A program made the translations under genes and the position numbers. A stretch of DNA of 64,000 nt. Origin: Tubiluchus corallicola. Its lineage: Eukaryota; Animalia; Priapulida. Under the pieces are notes generated by a model. That model was given only the letters and a program-made list of their open reading frames with translations, made no database searches and was not told the origin of the DNA. Below, piece after piece: positions 40,941 through 64,000 of the stretch. Location of the stretch: positions 62,001 to 126,000 of the forward strand of contig JAQGDQ010000487.1 in the NCBI GenBank assembly GCA_030141605.1, written 5' to 3'. Position 1 is the first letter of the stretch; every line of letters begins with the position of its first letter.

Positions 40941-41439
40941 CTAAGCAACCTTCTTTCCTTAAATGACTAAAGATTTCAACAGTTCTAGCGTGACACGATA
41001 TGACGCATAAGGGGACTGTTAAACGGTACCATTTTTATTATTCCCGGTTCGTTTTCGTTTATGTTTTTGGTTTGCTGTACGATACGCTATTTTCCATTCG
41101 CATGCGTTATCCGTGCCCGTGTCCAAAGGTAAAGTGAACGAATACCAAATCCTGGCCATGTTCCATCTGATGACTCCTGTGGTTGTGTTTGTGATGTGGT
41201 CTGTGCAGTATGGCCCGTGTGTTACTGGTCTGTAGCTGTCTCGATTAGGTTTAATAATTTAGTTGTCTGTAGGCCCATAACTTGCGCCAGTAGATCGTGA
41301 TAGCGTTTCCTGACAAATATTTTATAATGATTTAAAGAAGACGCGTTGTCATCTGTCATAGTTCAAGTCTAAGTGTAAAAATAATTTTGCTGGTGCCATG
41401 TTGCACAGTCACGTTGTATTGGCTAATAAGGTAACTTAG

Positions 41440-42297
41440 AATGCAGGTAAAACTGGTACAAATGAAAAAGTATGTAAAAATGACACAGGAAAAAATGGCA
41501 CAAATGGAAGAGTATGGAAAAATGGCACAGGAAAAAATGGCACACTTAGTAAAATATGTGTTTAGGGTTGGGTTACTGTGGGGGACAATTATTTTAGCTA
41601 TTTTTACCTCTGACAAGGAAGTTATGCTTCAACACAGTTTGTTTGTTTGTTTTTTTTGTCTGTTATGGTGGTAAGCCTATTACGCAAAAACTGTCTAACA
41701 GATTTCCAAGAAACTTTGTGAAGAAAGGTGGACATAGAGTGCCAAAATGGGAATCTCTTCAACTGTTCTTTTTCACAAAACTTAACTAAGCACCACGTAC
41801 AAAAACGTTTGTGAAGAACTTCATTGAGGTCTCAGAGGGAGTGCTTACTAGTTCTTTTTATTATCTTCACCAGGACGCACAACTGCGAGTTAGTTCCAGG
41901 TTCCATTTCGAGAAAATCTCGCTTGTAAAACTGTGTCTATAACCTTTCTTATTAATGCGCAGAGCCTTATAAGTATATATTTGTCAGTCTATTACCACTG
42001 CCAAAATTAATATAGTTTTATTATAAAAATCCGTTTCATCAAAGTAACATATGTGCCATTTTTACTTGTACTGTTTTTACCTGTGCAATTTTTTCTTGTG
42101 GCATTTTTACATGTGGCATTTTTACGTGTGCCATTTTTTCCTGTGCTATTTTTACCTGTGCTGTTTTTACCTGTGCCACTTTTACCTAGGGCAATTTTAC
42201 CTATGGCATTTTTTCATGTGACATTTTTACATGTGCCATTATTTCTTGTGCCATTTTCATTTGTGGCATTTTTACCTGCGCCATTTTTATACCGCGC
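41440..42297. mobile_element. Foldback/MITE-like element with inverted arrays of short AAAAATGGCAC units
   Basis: The left arm (41440-41545) is made of aaaaatggcacagg repeats. The right arm (42050-42297) is made of the complementary gtgccatttttacct repeats. Confidence 0.65.
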
Positions 42298-45200
42298 ATA
42301 GATAACTTGCGTTCATTCGCCACGCCTTCAACCTACAGCTAAATTACATTGATAATTGAATGATACTGTGCTACCTTCTGCGCCTTGCTCTATTAGCATT
42401 AGATCATACTAATTTTAGTTACAGTTAACAAGCGTGAAATTTTCGAATGCTAATTCTAAAAAAAGATAAAGATGATGCTATTTTGTATTGCAGTAATAGT
42501 ATGTAACAATGTAAAATGTAACAAGACCATCTATCAAGAACCAGGCACATTTCAAAATTTAATCATTTGCGTTTTTAATTTGTATTAATTTTTTCTGTTC
42601 GTTAGCTACAGCGTACAATAATAATCACAATGCAACTTTCATAATGTGTGCAGTTGAATTTCAACTTCAAATTCAACCAAATTTTAAACTGCTGATAATA
42701 ATACCTTATAATAATATAAGCCTACAATAGCTTGAAAACATATTCATATATTTATTAGAAGTTAATAGAAGCTTGAACATATCTATTAGTCAACATTCTA
42801 AAACTAAGATTGCTGACTTTTAACTTCCGTTATACAAAATAGTAATCTTTCCAGCTTGGGCACCGTGTTTGTCAACTTGTTTAAAAGCTAAGCCTTCTGG
42901 AATGTTAGGCTTAGTTTAATGATCGCAAAATATATTAAAAATATTTAGTAATAAAAGTGTGATATGTAAGAGCCTCGTATAATTAGTAAAACAGCGCACT
43001 GCCAATTTCAATCAAAAGCATAATAACAAGTTTTAACAAAGAGTCGGTAGCTAATTTTTGTGTTATTTTCATGAATATTAGCTAAGCTACAGCAGTTTGT
43101 ATTGGTTTAAGCAGCGCGCGCTGACGGAAAGCCACGATGCGTTTACGAAAAGTCACGAAGTCCACGACTTACGCATAATATTGAAGTCAATGGCGGCTAT
43201 CACTGCACCTAAAAATCACTATACAGGAGGAAGTATAATATAACTTACTGACTTATAGGCTTTTTGCTAATTTCGTTGTCACATAAATTTTTCTAAGCTT
43301 AAGTGACAGCAGTAAAATAAACTCTTTCTTTGACGTTTTCAGAAATGTGAGAAATATAGTTTTAGCTTCCTTACTCAAAAACTATCACATTTGCCGACTT
43401 TATTCCTTCTCTTTTGAGGTATTAATAATTCTTTTATAAAATAGGTAACATTAATAACAATAACAATAAAATACTGTCAATCTGTATTCAGAATTGCACC
43501 TCATAATATATATATATATATATGTCAAGTACAGAAAATGATACAGAAAAAAATCTATGCACGAATAATTGCAATCACCATAAACTGCAAACGTAATTAT
43601 TGTGTTAAGTATGTACTGTATTAAAACTGAGCATTTCTAAACTCAAAAATTCTAATACTGGGTCTTTATAATAAAAACAGTATGGTAACTGCAAGACAAA
43701 TCATAACTTTGCAAGTATTTTCAACTCGCTCATATTTTAATAAGTTAAACTGCTGTTGGATTAGTACCATTTATAATGCAAGGCATCAGGAAACAATAGC
43801 CTCGTGTACTTAAAGGACGAGGAAACGGCAGTGTAAAGTAAGTCTCAGAAAACTTGTATTAAAAACTCACAGATGGTATGCTATTAGTATTTCTTCGCCG
43901 GCAGCTGATGAGTCAGTAGTCTTTAATAATAATTTGTAACTCCAACCCACCAACCAAATGACTAGACAATCAGAAGATGGATGAAAGTTACTCGTGAAAT
44001 TTCAGGAAGTCTGTACAACAATCACACGCAATCTGTGTGTGTGCGTGCGACGTCCCGCAATGTACACCCCGCGCCCGTGTGTGTCACGTCACGCAATGTA
44101 CACCCTGTGTGTGTGTGACGTCACGCAATGTACACCACGCGTCCACGCCATCAACAAGTTCACACTCATAAAGAGTCTTTAAACTCAGATTCGCTGGCAA
44201 CGTGTGCAAGAGTTGAAATATTTACGTCGTGTGTGTGACGTCACGTAATGGCGCAGTCGGAACAGGAGATTTAAAGTGAAAGAAAACGGGAATTTCTTTT
44301 AATGTGAGTACGACATATGCTTAAGATTATTACAAGGTAATATAATTTGTAAGTCGATTTTTCTGAAACCTACCTTACAGACTACTTCTCTTGTCCTTTA
44401 CAAGTTATCAGAAACACATATAAACCTACTTTTTAACATTTTAATAGTTTCAATATTATTAGTTAATGGTGTTTTTTAAATTCATTCGAATTCTTATTCT
44501 TGTCAGAAATCAAGAATCAACGACGTTTTTCAAGAAATGAGCACTGTTCACTTTAAGAAACCAACCCGAATCAAATCGGAATCGAACCCTTGACCACTTA
44601 CGGCCTCAGAAATGTGAATAGCGACAGTAGAACTTAAATAAGTGTTCGTCACACAACATTATATGGTCTTTTTCGTGGGTTTGTCAGTTTTCATCCTTTC
44701 GGTTTCTTCAGCAATGGGGGTGGGGGTTGTTTGGCTATCATTTCCTAACACCCCTTATATGCACACCAATACATGTATGAAACCCTGAGAAACATAATAA
44801 CATCTTAGTGGATTCTGTTAATCAAAACACATAAACTGCTTCGTCACTGTGACAAATATTTGCACATCAAAGTGACTTCTGAAGCCGTTTTACTATATCC
44901 TATTCAATGAGGATGTGAACAGTTGCAATGATGGCGAAGGTCACATTACATTATACAACATTTGCCGTTGCCATTGCTCATCAATATTTTGCTCAAGACT
45001 AATGCCAGTTGCATCGTAGTAGCAACACATCTTAACTATACCTGTCATGTGGGTAAAGCAAAGCCGAGTGCTGCATCAGTTCACTAAGTTGTTGTTTTAC
45101 GTGAACTTTACTTAATTATGTATTAGTCTGCGCATATAGTGATTTACTAACAGGATCTTGCTTGGGAACAAGAAAAAATGAACTAGGTAAGGTTCTAGCC

Positions 45201-46087
45201 TATTACAGTAAGTTCCGCTGCGAGGCGTTGTCACGTGTATGTAAATGCGTTTTCTGGTATACTTAACCTTTGACCTTTTCACGATAATCGTCAATCTCTG
45301 GAACTGTGAAAAGGTGTATAATCTGTTTTTCTTACAACAAATGCCAGACGATGCCAAGCATGTGATAACTTGTCAAGAGTGATTCAAATGACATGAAAAA
45401 CAGAAACGGCAACAAAACCTCTCGCAGAAGTCCAGCAATTCGCATAGTTAAGTTACTGATGTTATTAGTACATATAATGTTAAATATCATAGTTTAAATT
45501 TGTACAAACATGTAACCTTAACAAATTAACACACTTCCTTCATAACAACAAATACTGCATGTTCATTATCAGTGTAACAACAGTGATATGATTCATGTTC
45601 AAACACGTAAGTGTGAACATCATAAATCTTTCTTATAAATATAAAATAAACCCTTGTAATATTCAATAGACAATGATCTATCTTATGTAACAATGAGTTT
45701 CTATTATCGCATAAATTTGGTGTTACTCAAATCTAAAAACAGCTTCGATTAGCTTGCTGTTACAACTTGGTGTAATTTTAAAATACTGGGCTAAATCAGA
45801 GGACGGACATAATTTACAAGAATGCCACCGGTGTTAATCTTAGTGAATACTATAATCTGCAACAAAATAATCACATCTAAGTAGCATAACTGCTTATAAA
45901 TAAACTAACTAAATCTTCATGGAGATGCTGCCACAATTGTTTGGCAAACGGTAACAAGCATTGATTTGATACACAAGTTTTACATAGTTTAACATTCTGA
46001 AAAAATAAGGCAAATTAACAGCAACAATGCCATGCCACCAAGGCCACCAAAAATTGAAATTACTTCAATACGAGGAGTAAAAGATGC

Positions 46088-46697
46088 GAAAGAGTTGATT
46101 GTGGATTCTGTGCACGAGAGTTGATTGTGGATTCTGAGCAGGAAAGAGTTAATTGTGGATTCTGTGCAGGAAAGAGTTGATTGTGGATTCTGTGCACTAG
46201 AGTTGATTGTGGATTCTGTGCACGAGAGTTGATTGTGGATTCTGTGCAGGAAACAGTTGATTGTGGATTCTGAGCAGGAAAGAGTTGATTGTGGATTCTG
46301 TGCAGGAAATAGTTGATTGTGGATTCTGAGCAGGAAAGAGTTGATTGTGGATTCTGTGCACGAAAGAATTGATTGTGGATTCTGTGCACGAGAATTGATT
46401 TTGGATTCTGAGCAGGAAAGAGTTGATTGTGGATTCTGTGCAGGAAAGAGTTCATTGTGGATTCTGTGCAGGAAAGAGTTCATTGTGGATTCTGAGCAGG
46501 AAAGAGTTGATTGTGGATTCTGTGCAGGAAAGAGTTGATTGTGGATTCTGTGCAGGAAAGAGTTCATTGTGGATTCTGAGCAGGAAAGAGTTGATTGTGG
46601 ATTCTGTGCACGAGAGTTGATTGTGGATTCTGAGCAGAAAAGAGTTGATTGTGGATTCTGAGCAGGAAAGAGCTGATTGTGGATTCTGTGCAGGAGT
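46088..46697. repeat. Minisatellite, 28/26-bp unit (gaaagagttgattgtggattctgtgcag), ~22 copies
   Basis: Head-to-tail repeats without unique spacers; they explain the repetitive ORFs at 45989-46724. Confidence 0.95.
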
Positions 46698-46900
46698 TGG
46701 AAATGCTTTCAAAACTAAGTTCATTTAAAACAAATCGAATTCAAAAATGTAGTGTATTGTATCATTTCGATGGGAAAATGTATCTATTATACTGATACCA
46801 AATCGCACAACTAGTACCGATTAACTACACTACGACGACCGTAGAACTTTGGAATGTTCAAACTAGATATCAAACTGGATTATGGTTTTACAAAGCAGTG

Positions 46901-63170
<16,270 letters not shown>

Positions 63171-64000
63171 CTGTAAAAGAAATATTGGAACAGTCGAATA
63201 TCAAACTTAGTCTAATATCCCAGATTAAAGCACAAGAAAACCCTTCACTTACATAAAGCTTAAAAAATTAGTCTTAAAATTTTATACCACTTACATACTG
63301 CCTTTTTGCATACAGGGGTTGCATCAGCAGTAACACTGTACAAAAATGTAAATTAAAACTCCCACGATGACCATCAGACACAGTTGTTTAGATGATAAGT
63401 CGTTTGAAACAAGTTTAGATAACATTGAGAAAAGTTTGAAAAATTAATCAAAGCATTCATAGTGCACACGTTACTAAGTAAAATTTTAAATTACTCTATC
63501 TTGTCAATAGGATTAAAAATACGTTTTTTGATTAGTGAGTGGTGCACCCTGGAGGGGAGTCCACGACATATTACCAATTGGTGAAAACATTTTAAATAAT
63601 TAATTATTTTCTAGTTACATAACTCTTTCAAGCAGATTAGCAAAATGCCAAGTAACGTAAAGTTTTTTGGAAAATAATTTAATATTTTCTTTTCTTCCCC
63701 TGATTTACGTTGTGTGTATATAACGTCATGTAATGCGGTGGTCGAAACACTATTGTGGAATATTTAAAATGAAAACAAACAAATAATCCTTTCAAAGCGA
63801 CTACGATATATTCATAAAATTGCTATAACCCAATATAATTTTTATAAAGCGATTTTTCTGAAACCTGCTTCAGGTACCCCTTTTCTTATCCTTTAAAGTT
63901 AAGGTACAACACCGGGTATGCGTAGTGCGTGATGCATAATCCGTGATGCATGTTAATTCGAAAATGTCCGCTTCGTATGAAGTTGTATCACACAACAATA

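Noticed and set aside
41025-41309. Moderately GC-rich exon-like stretch on the minus strand after a tttgtcag acceptor
   Set aside because: All three frames from the acceptor hit stops within ~30 codons, and there is no recognisable motif.
45989-46724. Multiple repetitive ORFs (AQNPQST...)
   Set aside because: They are translation artefacts of the 28/26-bp minisatellite.

Overview
This is AT-rich, intron-containing eukaryotic DNA, most consistent with a marine invertebrate; the taxon cannot be fixed from the sequence. It is not prokaryotic, and there is no CRISPR array or rRNA. Genes assembled by hand from GT-AG boundaries and frame continuity: (1) the last, DEP-domain exon of a GPR155/LYCHOS-like gene (+); (2) a single-exon FkbM/Star-like methyltransferase (+); (3) a complete 9-exon SLC7/b(0,+)-type amino-acid transporter (-); (4) an 860-aa fused gamma-beta-alpha urease (-) with an intronless CDS and all Ni-ligand motifs intact; (5) a candidate 2-exon, 74-aa Arg/Ser-rich protamine-like gene missed by the ORF track (-); (6) the last 8 coding exons of a RUFY1/2-type coiled-coil/FYVE gene (-). 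The rest holds LINE remnants, a hAT derivative with an 8-bp target-site duplication, MITE-like and tRNA-SINE-like repeats, three minisatellites, microsatellites, a 2 x 1041-bp tandem duplication upstream of the urease CDS, and an unexplained ~4.8-kb G-depleted, internally repeated domain. The most interesting items are the animal-context intronless urease next to an amino-acid transporter and the hidden protamine-like gene.
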